Below are positions 1 through 15,000 of a stretch of 64,000 nt of DNA, in pieces. Within the stretch, counting starts at the first letter, position 1. Every line of letters starts with the position of its first letter. Under the pieces are notes generated by a model. It saw only the letters and a list, made by a program, of their open reading frames with translations. It searched no databases and had not been told where the DNA came from. Origin of the DNA: Zygnema circumcarinatum SAG 698-1b (Eukaryota > Plantae > Zygnematophyceae). Location: the NCBI GenBank assembly GCA_037447605.1, contig CM074809.1:1106689-1170688 (forward strand), written 5' to 3'. The position numbers and the translations under genes are program-made.

Positions 1-3000
1 AGTTTTTGTCCAAAACGGAAGCTCCAAAGACAGTTGATCTTGGAGCCTGGGGAGCACTGCCAGAGCTGGAGGGAAGTGGAGGATCAGCGTTGAAAATTGG
101 ATCAGATGACCAAGATATGGAGAGTGCGAGAAGTGCATACTTCAGTCCGGAGGTAAGACTTGAAACTGTCCATGATCTCCTGGTCACTTCAGTTAGGGTT
201 GTGGGATGTTTTGGTATTCTTGGAGTTTTTTGGCAAGCTACATAACGATTTCATACATGAACATTCACCACCGCACCTCACCTTACCTCACCCCATCTCA
301 CCCCAACCCACATTACCTCATTTCTCCCTTTTTTTTACCTCTCGTGTCGCTCTCTTGTCTCCCCGTTTTTGTCTTTGGCACCTGGAGATGCAGGTAACAC
401 AGCTTCGGGACGAGGTAGACCAAAGGCTTGCTGCCATCCTGACCGATGTGCTTCATATGCTGCAAGGCCCTGCGGGAGCTCTGCGTTCTGCCGAGCTTGC
501 ACCTTATCTGCAGGATGAGTGTTTCTCCTCCCTCAGAGCTATGGTGGAGGGGCTGGAGAAGCAGCTGGAGAGCCTCCATGTTTGTGCAGAGGATGGTGCA
601 ACTGCGACTCCTCTTATAGTAGAGAAGGCTCTCCTTATTGGGCGCTTTTGCGCCGCTCTTGGGCAGTATTCGACCTTCTTACCGGTAGTTTTGGGGCCGC
701 CTTCGAGTTGGGGCCAGTTTGCAGGGGCAACCTCGGCAGGTGCGCATCTGGATAACTCAAAATCGTCCATTCCATTGACAGGTTCTTCATTGCATGGATT
801 GAACATGGATGGCAAGACATAAAGGTAGAACGGCTGGAAGTGTGAATAGAAAGCTCTTTAACATTGCAATCGTTGCATTAAAGCAACTGCTTTGGTGTTC
901 ATCCCATTCCCAAGATGGCACAATGCCGGAAACAAACGGGAAGCAGGTGTCCATCCGGAAGGACGTTTTCCCGCATTGCTAAGTGGCTCCAATTGATAAT
1001 GTATAGACAATTGCGCATGAATGATGGGACCTGATCTTGAAAGGAAAGCTTATGTTCTGCCTTTTGTCCAGTAATCTTTCTTAAAATTCATTGTTATGAA
1101 ACAGTGGTAAGCACATTCAATCTTAGCGGTCATGCTGAATTAAGGCGGACTGGGTGGTGGCCAGGGTCAGGGTGGAAAATTTTCTCTGGGCAGGCAGGAA
1201 CTGGGCAAAGGGATACGCTGTCAGATTCAGAACCTCGCAGAACAGTCCTGCGCCGGGCAGGCCCCGAATTTTTGCTCCGGGCAGCTGAGGGAACTGTAAA
1301 GTTGAAGGAAGTTCAGAAAGAACTGAGGAGGGTTAGCATATCAGCCCACCGAGTGTGGGTAGAGTGGGTCAGCACCCAATTGGCGGAAGCCTTTGCTCAA
1401 AACTTGAGAAAGGATGAAACTCTCGCCACAACAGCACCTCTGAAAGGATGGGAGGAAACTTTGCAGAAATCAGTGGTGGAGGAGGGAGAGGTAGAGCTGC
1501 CCATTGCACTCCCTGCAATGCCCTCAAGTTACTGTCTCTCCCTGCTCTTTTCGGGGGCGAGGGAGATTCATCGTGTGGGTTCGCATACACTCGATCGTGC
1601 CGTGCTTCGCCTTTTCGCATGGAAAATTTCCGAGAAGGTACGCTCAAAATGCAAGCGATAGGATCTCCGATATGGTAAATTTCCAGGAAGTAGCCTCGTG
1701 GCGGAAGAGAGGCGAGTTGGGAAGTGGGCAGGTCTTTTCTAAATGTTCAAATGATTCGAATCACGAGAACTGTCACAAAGTCGAGTAGATCAATGGATTG
1801 TTTTTCTCCTTCCAGAATGTTCAATTTGGAGTTCTGATGTTAATGGTGGACTGACGAGATAGCGTAGTGAAACCCTGAACACCCTATCTGTTAGCGATTG
1901 ATCCAAACAGCTACATGCGGTTGCCCTTCTCTCGCTTTTGCTTGACATGTGTTACCATGTTGACCTTCGTCTGATTTGTCCAGGTGCTCGCCACATATGA
2001 AGCTTTCACAAAAGACGAAGATGTAATGAAACAAAAGGTTTCAGAAAAAGGAGTTCTTCAACTCCAATTCGATGTGAAGTTTCTGGCGGATGTCCTTTCG
2101 GGTGGAGCAGAGATATCAGCTGAAGCACTTGAAGAGGATGGAAGGGTGGGCAGCCCTTTCAAACTGGGGCATGTGGGAAATCGCAGGTTCAGACCGATGC
2201 AGCAGACAAATACTGTAGCGACAGCCAAGAAAGGGCAAATAAATGCCATTCTTGATTCTTTGAAGGACCGCCTCGACCCCATTGATTGGGCCACGTACGT
2301 ATCAGATGCTGTTTCGTGGGAAAAGGGTGTTCACACTGGGGCTGTCGCATCATTTGCATGGAGTGCTGCTTGTATTGGAGTCGCGAGTTTTTTGAGGGGT
2401 TAAGCAATGTGCATGGGAGAAGGATGAGCTGTAATTTTACTGAACTTGTAATCGTGTGTATGAGCCATCTCATAATAAAGGTACCAGTGTCATGTACGCA
2501 CAGGTGGTGAGTTTAAATTTAAAGGTTGTCCTCATCCCATTCTTCGTTGACTCTTTACCATCATTTCTCACTAGGAATGCATACAACTAGCCCAAGTTCC
2601 CGGTTATGACCAATTTGAATTAGCGAGCGTTTATTTGTCGGGTTTCCTGTTTTTGTTGTCGCATGACCTTTCCTATCCATGTTGATCATGAACCAACTTC
2701 TTGCTTAAATATGTTCAAACAAGTTCAGTGACCGTGACTGCCAAACTTGTTGTCAACTTGTCCGAACTAGGTAGGCCTTTTCGGCAACTTTACTTGGAAA
2801 TTTATACTTTTTACGATGAATAGTTTCATGCATGGCTTGGAGGACCATTATTGGGTGATGTCTGCTTGCAGATAATTCACATAAGACAAGAGGGGAAGCC
2901 ATGAATGTTAAATATGGGTTGCCTTGTCCTTCAGATATGAAGAGGCGTTATGGGAGAATGAAAAACGGTGCTATATTCGCTGCGCTGTCCTGTATGGGGC

Positions 3001-3850
3001 CCTTATCCAGCTTAACCGCCTATACACAGATGTGCAGCCAAAGCACCCTCACGCTGCAGGAACCAACACTCTCAATATGTCCCCGAGTGTACCACGATTC
3101 ACTCACCTTCCTATCAGGTGGGCTGCTGAAATTTTGACTCTACGCAAGGGAGCACTTCTCAGAAATCACATGTACATACACTCCAGCTTTTGACAAGTAG
3201 CCGCTAGCCCCTCCATGGTTCTAACTAATGAAAGCTTGGTAATTTGCAGTGCGCCACTTCTCTCTGTCAATGGGAACGCAGCAAATGCGCGTCAAAGAAA
3301 AAGTTTTCTTGACAATCATTCTTCCATTTCGAATCCATGGAATGGGGGCGCCAATGAAGACACATCCAAATATTCCTTTTCGGATTCGGCCGCTCTTGCT
3401 TCTGTTGGAGCAGGCCTCGGTCTCAAGTCAAACCCTCTGTTCAAATCAATCATGGGACAGGTAGAGGCTCTACCTTAAGGCTCTATCTTCTTCAAGCATT
3501 TGATGTTCCAAAGCATGAGAATTTGTCGTTGACATGGGAATGGATCCACATTGTCCTTTGCTTAAAGGCCTGGAAGCTTTGAGACGGCGGTCCCCTTCTT
3601 GCACTCAAAGAATGCCATCTTCTGGTATCCTTTGGATTGTCCTGTGACTCAAGACTTCGCCTTTTTTCTGTTTCAAATGCTTTTAAAGCTTGGATTTGTC
3701 TGCAATTCATGTTCCTAATAGAAGCGTTGTGTGCAGGTTGGAAGCGGTGCCCTAAAATTGGGTTCCATGGTGAGCGACGGCCAAGTTGGGCGGAACATAT
3801 CCACGCTCGGAGAAGGGCTCTTCTCCTCTCTCACCACTGCGGCCTCATAG
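1..3850 (+). CDS. COG1: Conserved oligomeric Golgi complex subunit 1 (Vps51/Vps67 family), 5' end outside window
   Basis: Exons joined in frame via GT-AG: <1-152, 394-781, 1198-1637, 1984-2294, 2935-3117, 3250-3460, 3737-3850 (TAG). Motifs [52 protein letters not shown] and AVLYGALIQLNRLYTD match plant COG1 as I recall it. Confidence 0.9.
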
Positions 3851-4479
3851 TGACGAAAAGATTGCGGTCAAACAATCATTCCCTACTTCCTTCCCGTTCT
3901 CAAAATTGATCCCTGATTGGCAGTCAGCAGTGTAGTGCATAACTCGTAGGTACGTGTCTATTATAAGCTGAAATTGGCTATGCGGAAAGAAAGGATCTTC
4001 TGTGCAGCAAAGTAGGTACAGGAGCCGATGTAAATCCCAATTTTTGATTGAAAGAGAAGCTCGCGTGTAAGCGCACATGAAGCTGTCGGATCTGAAAGCC
4101 TCTGGGAGTGCTTTAGTCGAGTCGGCAGTCTTTGCTTTCTTCTAACTTAGTCGGAATTTCAAATCGAGTTGCCAGCCCTTGGCTTCTTCCAACTTGGTCG
4201 GAATTTCAAATCAGGTCAGGGAGTAGGTTATGCCTTTTTAAATGCCCTTGGTGCCGTATACCAATCAAATGGCGGCTTAAAAGCACCTAGGGCGTCTGAA
4301 ATCCTGAGTAAATGATGCATGGCATGGTTCACTATGTTGAGGAAGGATCATGTCAGCATGAAGCCATCCAGAAGGCCAAAAGTCCTTTATAGACTAATTG
4401 TTTTATGTTGTTAAGGTCTGAACATAAGAGAGCCACTTCTACACTCTTCGATGCATGTGCAAGAAGAGGGGAGTGAGAA

Positions 4480-4960
4480 AAAGTTAATTGGAGGTAGTGA
4501 TAAAGAAGGACAATAGGAAGTGGGGTCTAGGCCAGAGGAGGAAATAGAATTATGGAGGGGGGGTTGGCGAGTAATGGACGCAAAGCGAATGGATGAGAGG
4601 GGGAAAGTAGGAGTGAGGAGGGAGGGCGGAGTGGAATAAAGAAGGAGATGGAGGGAGAGGAGGGGAAAGAGAAAGAGAAAGAGATAATGGGACGTAAGAC
4701 AATATGAAGCGGGGTTTGGCCGGAAGAGGAAAGAGCATTCGGGAGGGGGGGCGATGTCGAGGACGGGACGAAAAGCGAAGGGATGAGAGGTGCAAAGCAG
4801 GAGTGGAGTGGAGGGGGAGGGGAGCGAAGTGGAAGAGAGAGGAGGGAGAGGAAAGGGCGGGAAAGAGATAATGGGAGGTAGTGATGGAGAAGGGCAAAAG
4901 GAAGTGGGGATTGGCCGTAGGAGGAACGAGCATTCGGGAAAGGGCGTCATATTTGTATTC
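4480..4960. repeat. Purine-rich degenerate tandem repeat, about three units of ~185-195 bp
   Basis: Recurring anchors: GAGATAATGGGA at 4681 and 4865; GAGCATTCGGG at 4733 and 4928; AAAGCGAA(T/G)GGATGAGAGG at ~4582 and ~4772. Confidence 0.6.
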
Positions 4961-6028
4961 GTAAGCACCATAATCTTTTAACTAACCTTCATTTCCTTTA
5001 AAGTCAGGAACTCTCTTCAATACTTCAGCCCGTTTTTTTACAGAGGACAGGGAAAAAAAAGAAGATACGTAACGACTGGGAGGAGAAGGAATTGGAAATT
5101 GAGAGAACAACGACTGGGAAGGGAGGAGAAGGCGTGAGACAAAAAGGCGAAGAGAGTAGATAAAAAGCACCCCCTATGGGAGAGGCAACACCAAGGCAGT
5201 TGTATCTGACGGCGGTTCATTGCCTTTCACAGCTCAGCTCCGAGACATTACCGTCTCATTTTGAAGGCTTGGACCTTCTCAGCTTTCCTCCCGTGCGTTA
5301 GAACCGCCCTCCCACTCACTGAGGAGGCCCGAGATGCGGCCGCCACCCAGGTGCGCGGTCAAAGGTGGCCGGGCCTTGTTTCATTTTAGAGTTTTTGGGG
5401 TTTTTCAAAAACTGGAAATGTTTTTAGAATCTGGTTTGAACACCACAGCACTGCAACTAACTACATGGATGTGGTGTGGTGTGTTGTGTGCTTCATAAAC
5501 GTTTTTTGTTGTGGGTACGTACATAGAGACATGCGATTGAAAACAACCAGGCATATATCCTGTGTGATTTCGTTCGTATACCCGTAAAAACATGCATTGT
5601 ATGCATTGAATCAACTCGCCGATCGTCCATGCATTGGTTGTATGCACACGTGGGGCGCCCTGTGATGACACAGCTCATGAAGGGAGAGGCCCTCTTGTGG
5701 TCGCTGCTGTGCTTGGCCTCGGAGTGTTTCATGCACCGCCTTGCTTGAGTTTCAAATCCGTGTAACAAATCTCGAACAAGTATTAACCCTAAACTGATGC
5801 CCTTTCTCCTGGTACATATTTCTGCCAGCATGGACGTATAGATCCTGCTGAAAGGCAGCGTCTGCAAAGTTATAGACTAAAAGAAATTTTATTTTCGGGA
5901 TTTTTTTTTTCTCCATAACATTCGCTAATCTTCAGGAGTCTCTCGAACCATACACATGGTCCCGGGCCTCTCTGCTTACGTTCCCAACCTAGCAGCACCT
6001 ATAGTGGTGCTCATTAACTTAACCGGAT

Positions 6029-9000
6029 TTAAGCTTGACCGCTTCCTCGCCCATAGCGGCTTCTGGCCAGATCAACGACTTCACGAAAGAAATCTCGAGG
6101 GAACACCGGCGGATCCTCCGCCAAAGCCTGCACAGTGCCAACTCAGGAAGGACTAAGAATTGCTGTTTTGATTACAAATTACGAAGGTTGAACGAGCACA
6201 ACTAGAAAAGGGACAACCCACATTTCAACCTCAACCTGTACGGAAACCAAAATGGACGCAGAATTTGCAGGTCACCTGATGGAAGAGAACAGTGGAAGGA
6301 GTCATCCCAGGAACCGTGTTTGCCTCGATCACCAGAATCTGCAAAGCATCATTTATGGCACAAGCAACCGCTCAAAGTCTGCACCCAAATCGGTTTTGTT
6401 TGCAAAACTTGCTCCCACTGACTCCAATTTTTGAACAAGCAGATGCACCGTACGCTCTCATTGGGCAGTTATCTACAAAACAGCTGACATCGCCAAGTGC
6501 TGAAGTCATCTGGAATCTCCTGTCATGCAAGCCCATCAACTGTCCACTTACATTAAAGCAAATAAAAGCAAAAAATCTCACAGGGAAAAGAGTGAATAAC
6601 GTTTAGGACCAGCAGAGGCTGAAGGGGCAGCAGAGCACTGTACCTCTCCAGAGTCGACATGAATGAAGGCATCAATGCGAGCAAAACCTTCCAATCCCAG
6701 TGCATTTGCAACAAGCTCTATTCGCCTCTTTCCATTTGTAAGCGCTTCCTCACTGCATGTAGTCGATAGCACAGATTACAACAGGCCTGAAAGGTGAGGA
6801 AATGCTGATGGGGGTGCCGAACAAGGTCAAGCTCATCCAGGAAGTCTTCGTCCTCACAGAAGTAGGTGGTTGAAAGGGGTCAAAAGGTCCTCTGGTTCAA
6901 GAGCAGGCAGCTAAAGAACTAAACGACGGAACTGAGGAGTCACAATGTTGGCCATCACTATTATATCTGAATAAGAGGAGGTTAGGTTAGGTTAGGTTAG
7001 GTTAGGTTAGGTTCGGTTAGGTTTTCCAATCTAAGAAAATTAAGACATTGCTTACTGCCCCTCCACTGACGAAAATAAAAAGGGGAGGGAAATGCTCTCT
7101 ATAGCCAAAAAGGACCAAACCTGACAATAGAGGTTGGCGGAGGAGTAAGGTTGACCCCTGTACCGCCTGCGGCATACATACAGCCCTTCAAACACCATGA
7201 GATATTTGAAATTAAGATGCTTCACTTGAAGGCTACAAAGCCGTTGTTCAGAATCAACTACCCTCTGACGAACCGAATGCAATATACCAGAAGTGTCCAC
7301 AACTCTGATATTCCAAACAAGGTGCTAAATGGCAGGAAATGCTCTACACAAGATGTGCATGAAAACTACAAGATTTTTTCCGACTATGCCATAAGCGAAC
7401 AACTGGAGCACACCTTGAAACTTTTCTTCGAGTGAGAGCACATCCCCAGACTCCTTCACAGTGATGCTCGGAGAGAGGGAGCGCATCCTCCCTTTCGGCC
7501 CTACAACTCCCACAGTCACCTCCACCCATCGGCTGTTTCCAGGCCAGTAGAGGCCATCGGCTCCCTTGCTCATGATGGGATCGGTTTCAATGAACGGCTC
7601 AAAAAGCAGGCGAGAAGGTGGAGGAACGGGCATCTCCACTATGCTGGACAACTGCAAATATTGAAGAAAAAAACAAAAAAAAGGGTGGGAAGAGGCAAAG
7701 AGGAGAGGAAATGACTCATGCGAACAGCACATGCATGCGTGTATGTATACAGCAAAATTTCTTGAGCGTATACAGCTCCCTCTAGCAATGGAGGGGGGAC
7801 ATCCAAGAGAAAGACAAACATAAACACTAACCTTTGATAACGTGCCTGGAAGTAATCGCGGCAGCTCGTCCCGTACTGCCGCCACGTAAGCCGCCAGGTC
7901 AGCAGCACAGCTGGCAGAAGGATACAAAAAAATGAGAAGCTGATTCTCCAGGAAGGATGGTAGGCAGGTGCAGCTGATCTCCTTAAACGAGTGTTTCACA
8001 CAAGCTACTTCCTTTTAACTGAAAACTGGAAATCGGAAGCGGCCTTTAACTGGACATCCTTTTCCCATTCTCAAGGTATAGCAACAACCAAATCACACCG
8101 TTCAGAGTTATCCGACACTCCCATTGCCAAAGAAGCTCTTGAACAAAATGGCCTCCCACCACGGAAAGCGATAGACTCTCAAAGCAGGGAGTATATGCAG
8201 GCTGTGCTAACCTGAGTCTGGCTACCCCTGTAGAACATCCATCCGAAGCAGGCTTCACACACAGAGCTGCAGCCTTGAGCTCCCCAGTGAGAGTCTCCCA
8301 CTCCTTCGCTGCCATGTTGGACGCATCTCCTTCCAAACTTTGCGTCTCCGCAATGCCCATAGCAACTAACTCCTCTGTATTCACAACACGTTTCGCCGCT
8401 GTGTGTACGCCTTCATTTGACAACTGCAAGAAGGTGTACACATTTGAGCAGTCGGAGTGGGGAAGTCAGCAATGATCCCTCACACATTACAACCATATCA
8501 CTGTTCACATCATTTTTAAGTAATTTGAGAAGAATCCTCGCTGTTCGCTTCTGAAGCTTGGAGGGACGTATTGCTCACATCTTTGAGCAATGTCGCAGTT
8601 GTCACTTTGTCCATGCAGATGTGTGAAGCTTCCGATCCCGACCCTGCAACCTCCCTTATGTCACTCTTTCCTGAAATAGGGAACAGTCTCCTCGGTAACC
8701 TCTCTGTGCTATGAGTTCCAACAAAAACTACCCCAGCCTGATTCACCCTGTTAAGCGATTTGAATTCGAACCTGTGAATGGAATCTGACGTTCTTCCAAA
8801 AGCCTTTGGAGGGTGCCATCCTCTCCAATGCCTCCGTGAACTGTCACAACATTCAGAGGAGAGCCAAAAAGAGAGGAAAAAACATGAGTATTCAGCATTT
8901 CGTGTTCCATCTTGGCAATGGAACATAATTCGTAATTCCAAACCCATAATGCTATAAGAAAATCGAACAGGGGTTGGTGCTGGTTGTTAGAACTATTGAC

Positions 9001-12000
9001 AATCCGTCACAGTTAGAAACCCCTCAGAAAAAGAAGAAACCCTCGCCAGTGGTTTCGTGATTTATATTCCGGAGATACCCTTTTCCCAGCGCATGTCCAG
9101 CACCGACAGTCATTATCAGACAGAAATCTACTACCTAAAACTCCATTTCAGCCAACACAAATCCAGCAAACTGAAGGCAGCACCCATGGCAAATTCTCCT
9201 CGACAATAAACAAACGCCCAACTTTGTGTATACGAAAAAAAAACCTAATGGGGCATATTACGAATGGTGAGCTCTTCACCAGCCAGAAAAACCACGACGC
9301 CTTTCTCTTTTGCCTCACTGAGCCACTCCTCCAGAACGATCTTTTTGGGTGCTTCCACCCCTAACTCGGGGTCCACTTTCCCGAACGGTTCACTAGTACT
9401 CATTTTCCCCCAGAGGTCTCTCACCACCTCCTCCCGCAAGTGGGCGGTGCGTGCAACTGCCTCCGCTTCCAAAGCTTCTTCGCACCCTTCCACAACTTCC
9501 TCCACAGTGTGGCGGAGAACAGACGAGTAGCTGCAGTAATACCCAGACGAGTAGGGGTTCACTTATGCACAGTGAAAAGGTTTCAAGACAGATGGCTAGG
9601 CGGGGAAGGAGGAAAGTGGGCGAATTCATAAGTTTACTACACAGCCAAGCTATGAAATGTGATCATCGGTACCTTAAGACCCCGTCGCAACTGCTTAGTT
9701 GTCAAAAGTGGCACTCCGCCATCAATTGTTTGTTAGAGAGCTAAGGACACAACGCAATCGAACTAGCCAGCCCTCATATGCTTAAGTATCGAAGAGTTAA
9801 ACTCACGGAAGAGCCCATATGGTTTTGAGTCCGACTTCAGCCATGGATTCACTGGTATCCACTCCGTGGTTGGCGGCCGGTGCAAGCAAGAATGGCTCCA
9901 CCTCAAGCTGCCATTTAACCGTGAAAGCATACATCACCCATCAAGATGACGAAATCACATGCAATGATGCAAAGTTCTCCCAATAGCAAACAAGAACCAT
10001 CCCTACAGACTGGATACTTCTTAAACCTCTCTCCTCCGGATTTCTAATGGCAACCGCCATATTGGCTTAAGATGATTCAAGAAACTATCTTCAAAAGTTC
10101 CGAAAAAACGATCAGGGACTACTTACATCCGGCCACGACCGCAGCTTCAACCACACATTTGTCCCACTCATGAGTGACACTTGCCGCTCGGAGGTTTCTC
10201 CCCCAAACAGAACCCATACGGCCTGCTTCGCACTTGCAGTTTCTCCCATCACATTTCCTTGCAAGCCCTTGCGGGCAGGTCCCCCCTCTGCTTTCGGCGG
10301 CTTTGAAAGGAGGGGAATGGAATACCGATCGCACGATCTCTTAAGAATCCAACGGAGGACTCCTGAGTGGGAGAGACCAACCTGCAATAAAATCAAAACA
10401 ATGGAGGCAGAAACATATACAAATCTCAAATAGCGCCCAAAATTGGCGACAGTGCCTGCCCAATAGGCACACTTACTATCAGAGTACTTGCTACACTAAT
10501 CCTGTTGCTTATCAGAACAAGGTTTTTTCGTACTTGTGATGGATTGCAACTAAAAAATCGATACTACAAGTAGCTCAAAGTTTTGTTCCAATGAATCCAC
10601 CATGCCAAACGCTGGAAGTGTCCATAGCACACACACACACACTCTTGCAACAGCACTGTGATAACAGAACTCGAGTCTCTATGGCAAACCGAGCAAATAA
10701 GGTCGTCTGTTGCTACAGAAGAAACCATACAAACCCTACCCCTCCGTCTCCTTGTGCAGTCCACACACATCACCTGCGCCGCCTGTTGGAACAAAAAGCT
10801 CGTTTGCTCCATGCCGCTAACAAGGTTGATGTCAGAGAAAACGACAGTTCCCTGTTCGCACTGGCCAATCAGCTTGCCTGCTCCATCTCGCACGCCCTGA
10901 ACCCTCGAATGGGAGGGCAAATACCAGCCGTCGATTCGAGCACAGTCTTTTAGACCTAATTCTCGGAACAAGTGTGCAGCTCCCTTACGGATGACTGCGA
11001 GAATCTCAGTGGGGAATCGAGGGGGGGTGTGGTAGGAGACCTGAGTAAGGCGATGACAAGCAGAGATAGTATTGAGCAATACAAGCCAAAAAGAACGCAC
11101 TAATAGGCACCTCAAAAATTTGCTAGGCCAACTTTCGTCAAATCATTATTGAGAAATTTTCTAGCAATTTAAAAGCTGTTTCTTGGATGTCTGGAGGTGG
11201 GGATTCACCTGACGTGTCGGAAGATATTTTCGGCGGTAATTAAATATCGCCCTCTTTTCATCTCCATCACTCCCATCAAGGCCTCGAAGCTCCACCTGCA
11301 TGACCTCCAATTGCGTTTGTTGTACTGCAAAAATGCAGGCAATAATCTGTCCTAGTAAGCCGGAACTCAAAAGACCGCACTTGGGGCTAACATTGCCCAA
11401 ATAAGCATCAGCACTTTATGCTCTCAGGTCAAGTTTACGGCTACACATACCTATCATATCTATACAGCAACACCAATAAGTTCTATTCTGTTTTTAACCT
11501 TTTTATGTAAAGCCAAGTATAATCGAAACATCGACCATGTCAATGGCTGCCCATTACGACAGTCACGATCCCATGAGAATGAAGGTTTAAGCTTGGTACT
11601 AAAATCTGCAGACACACCGTTGAATCTGCATATTCAGTCTGATTCAATGTGTCAACACAAGGAAGGGCCACCTCACCTCTGTCGGCAGAAGTGTGACAGG
11701 AACAGAGAGACCCCCTTCACCACCGTCCAACACAATGGCAGTGAACTCCCTCCCACCCTCTGCAAAGGCTTCGATGACTACCCGAACATCAATCCCCTGC
11801 ATAAAAGTATCACTACTTTATAGGTTCAGTGGCACACATAAAGCTGACTGCAAGAAGACTGACTCTGAAAATCAGAGATGTAGTAGCAGTTCCAATTTGC
11901 TAGCAATAAGTGAACATGAATAGTCATTTGATGTTTAACGGAATAAAGAGTTGAAATGAAAAAAGGAGGTAGTTTTTTAAGACCTGAGACAACCGGGTCA

Positions 12001-15000
12001 CAAGTCATTGAACAGGAGGGCCACATTCACGACGAGCAATACAGACACATAAAGCAAACATGTGTCTACCTCATCAATGACAGCTTGGGCTCTCTCGAGT
12101 GCCTCATCCACCCCGAAAGTCACACTCACACCTAAGCTTGACCCGGCTCTTGCGGGTTTCACCTGCAGAGAGAGGAGAGGATACATATATGAACACCCAG
12201 TGCATGTTCGACTGAAAGACTAAGCAGTGAGAAAATGAATGAGGGACAATGCCATGAGTCCTCGGAGCGTAAGGAGAAGTTCTGTATGAAGACCACTTCA
12301 ATACCACTGTCGGTTGTAAAGTAAGGGCATGGTGTTCATGCTGATAGAAGGAGAATAACATGAGAAGCAGCATGACAGACTCCCCGCAACTCCATTCACA
12401 GCAGCAGAGAAGCGTACCACCACTCTGCCACTCGCTGAAGAGATGCCCTCTCGTGAAAACCACTGTTGGAGAGCAACAACATCGCCTTCATTGCCCTGCA
12501 AATAGAATGAAGACAAATGAAACTCAATAGTCAGCCTCCTGACAGGTGTCTCCATTGTGTTGCTCAGGACAGCCTGCTGGTCCACTTTCTAGCTCCCACA
12601 TACAGACAGGAATGACAGAGAAGCGATTGAGTTTTTCCAGCAAAGGTTATCTTGATATTCAACCAGCGTTCACCTTCGCTTACAGGGAGCATGGCTGAAA
12701 TGTCTCAGAATTTGGACATGCATGCATTGGTTTGCCTGACTAATAAACGGACAGGCAGAACGCAGAATCTGCGCCTAAAATTACTTGGAAACAGAGCAGA
12801 GATAAGTTTGACTCACAAGATACAAAAAGCTGGCTAACGTTGCGAAGCCCCGCGCTCCCAACTCTGAAGCAGCTGCATGCTACAGGAATTCAACATAGAA
12901 TGGGATAAGCTAAACACATGCCACTGCAAAATCTCGTAATTGAATCCGAGGAAAAGGGCAGTCACAAATCCAACTGAAAATTAAAAAACGAACAAATATA
13001 GCCCATCGACGAAGGGATTAAATATGATTGTCAATGGCCATCCCAATAGGCTGGCTTACAGTGTGCAGGTTCGTGCCCTTTTTCTCTTTTTAAATGTTAA
13101 TGTTATGTCTTCGTTCAACGTTAGCTGACTGAGGGGAATGAGATGTAACGTCGTATAACATTTGTGCTTAGCTTATAGTCACACCCATGGTTACAAAAGC
13201 CGATCGCTCGACACGAATAACACTCCGTGCTTACATTGCACTTGTAGCATATACAGATTACACATCGATTCCACGCCAGACAACTAGTTTTGCAAGACAA
13301 TGTATCACTAACAAAAATAAAGGAGTTGAAACAATTAGCCATGCGAGAAAAATTGCTGCTGAAGTGCAAATGAGCAACTCAAAGCCTGCACGCACCTTGT
13401 CAAAAGCTCGGGCAGCCGCAACAGCGCCTGTACCGACAAATGGCAAACCCGCTTCCTCAAGGAGAGCCTGCCACATTACCTTTTGAGAATCAGACATAAC
13501 TTCCAGGAAAATTGAAAAGGTACTTAACCGAAGAAGCTGCACCTACAATAGTGATGCAATGCTAACAGACCCAATAACTTGTGGCCAGGAAGTCTGCGAA
13601 TCGTCAATGCTGCCACATTCCCATAGACTTCAGGCAATGAATAGACAAACATCTTCCCAGGAAAAGCAAAGGTTAAAATGTTGCTGCTGTTGAGCGAGCA
13701 TCAAACGAAGAGAGCAAACGAGCGGGCAAAGAAACTACCCAAAGCTAGGTAGCTGTTAGACTCATGATAATGTGGAGGCGAGAATGAAGTTTGGAGGCAA
13801 AAACCATTCAGTAAAGCTGATAAAGTCTCTGCCTCACACCTGAATTCCTCCATCTTCGCCGAACTTTCCATGCAGAGCAGGGAATACAATGTCTGCCGTT
13901 TGGCTCAGATGCTCAAGGAATGCAGAATGGGAGGGAAACCTCTGGGCGGTGCTGAAAGGACACAGAAAAGGCAGGATCGTGAAAGTGCCAACGAGTCCCC
14001 TCCTTAAAGTATAATGGTTTCTATTTTTCTAGATATAAGCCAAAAGTTTGAAAGGCGAGATCTAAACCGAAGTACGACAGGAGCTTGCTAAGACCGTTTA
14101 GCCATGAATTTAAAGCAATTTAGTAAAGACAACTGTAAAAAATCACCTGCTCAGTTTGAAGTCGAAGTCGGAAGGTGTGTTGGAGTACATCTGACATGGA
14201 ATAGAGGAGCACGGCGAAGTTTTAGAAAGATCCCATCTGCACAAGTCTAGGCGTAACTCCCTTGAATTTTCAAATTTAAATGAAGCTGCAAAACATCAGA
14301 ATACCAGCGAAAGAATATTTTCTGCTTCACAAAGGCAGGTTCCTCACTTGAGCTGGGGATATTGCGAAGGCCTGCAAGGACCGGTCCAAAAAGTATGTGT
14401 CCACTATTACATCTGTTGCCTGCAACACCATATCCGGAACATCAATCGGCAAGAATAATTCGACTTTCCGAAACACTCGATTCACTGTTCGATTCCTTCC
14501 TGTTGGCAAGGAGTTGCAGCTCAAAGGAACCGCAGCGTGCAACTCCCACTAATTCATCTGTGCAGTGTCAGAATTTCCTGCCTTTGATGCATGTCAAATA
14601 TCCTCTCGTGCTAGCCAGCGCACCATGTTTGCGAGAATCATATCTGAGGCAGCGCATTGATGTTCAATTGTCACTTTCCTTAATGCTCATTCGCAATCAA
14701 GTTATTCAAGTTCAATGACAAAAAAAAACAGCAACAATAACCAGAATTCGATTAAATGCTCACGGAGGTGACCGCAACAATATCACGTGTATTACGAGGA
14801 CGGGTGACTCTGAACAAAAACGATCCCGAAGCCCACAAGATGACTTCAAGCCTCACAAAACAAATTGCATTCACCAGGAGCATTAAGACAGCTGGATTGA
14901 ACACAGAACAACAAAAAGCGAAAATGAGGCAATGCCTTTAAAGTAAGTAGTGAATACCAGGAGCTTACTTGGAGATGATCGAGCACAGATCTTGCGGAAT

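Noticed and set aside
4411-5220. Pro/Ser/Leu- or Gly/Glu-rich ORFs
   Set aside because: They are translations of the purine/pyrimidine-biased repeat with no conserved motifs.
5230-5355. Possible LINE fragment (PRHYRLILKAW)
   Set aside because: The resemblance is too short and no RT or endonuclease motifs are nearby.
5660-5800. Possible C/D snoRNA (GTGATGA ... CTGA)
   Set aside because: No terminal stem or recognisable guide was seen; the region is better explained as DDL 3' UTR after a probable UTR intron.
6980-7023. (TTAGG)n as a true telomere or chromosome end
   Set aside because: It is short and intronic, and one of several pentamer microsatellites in the window.
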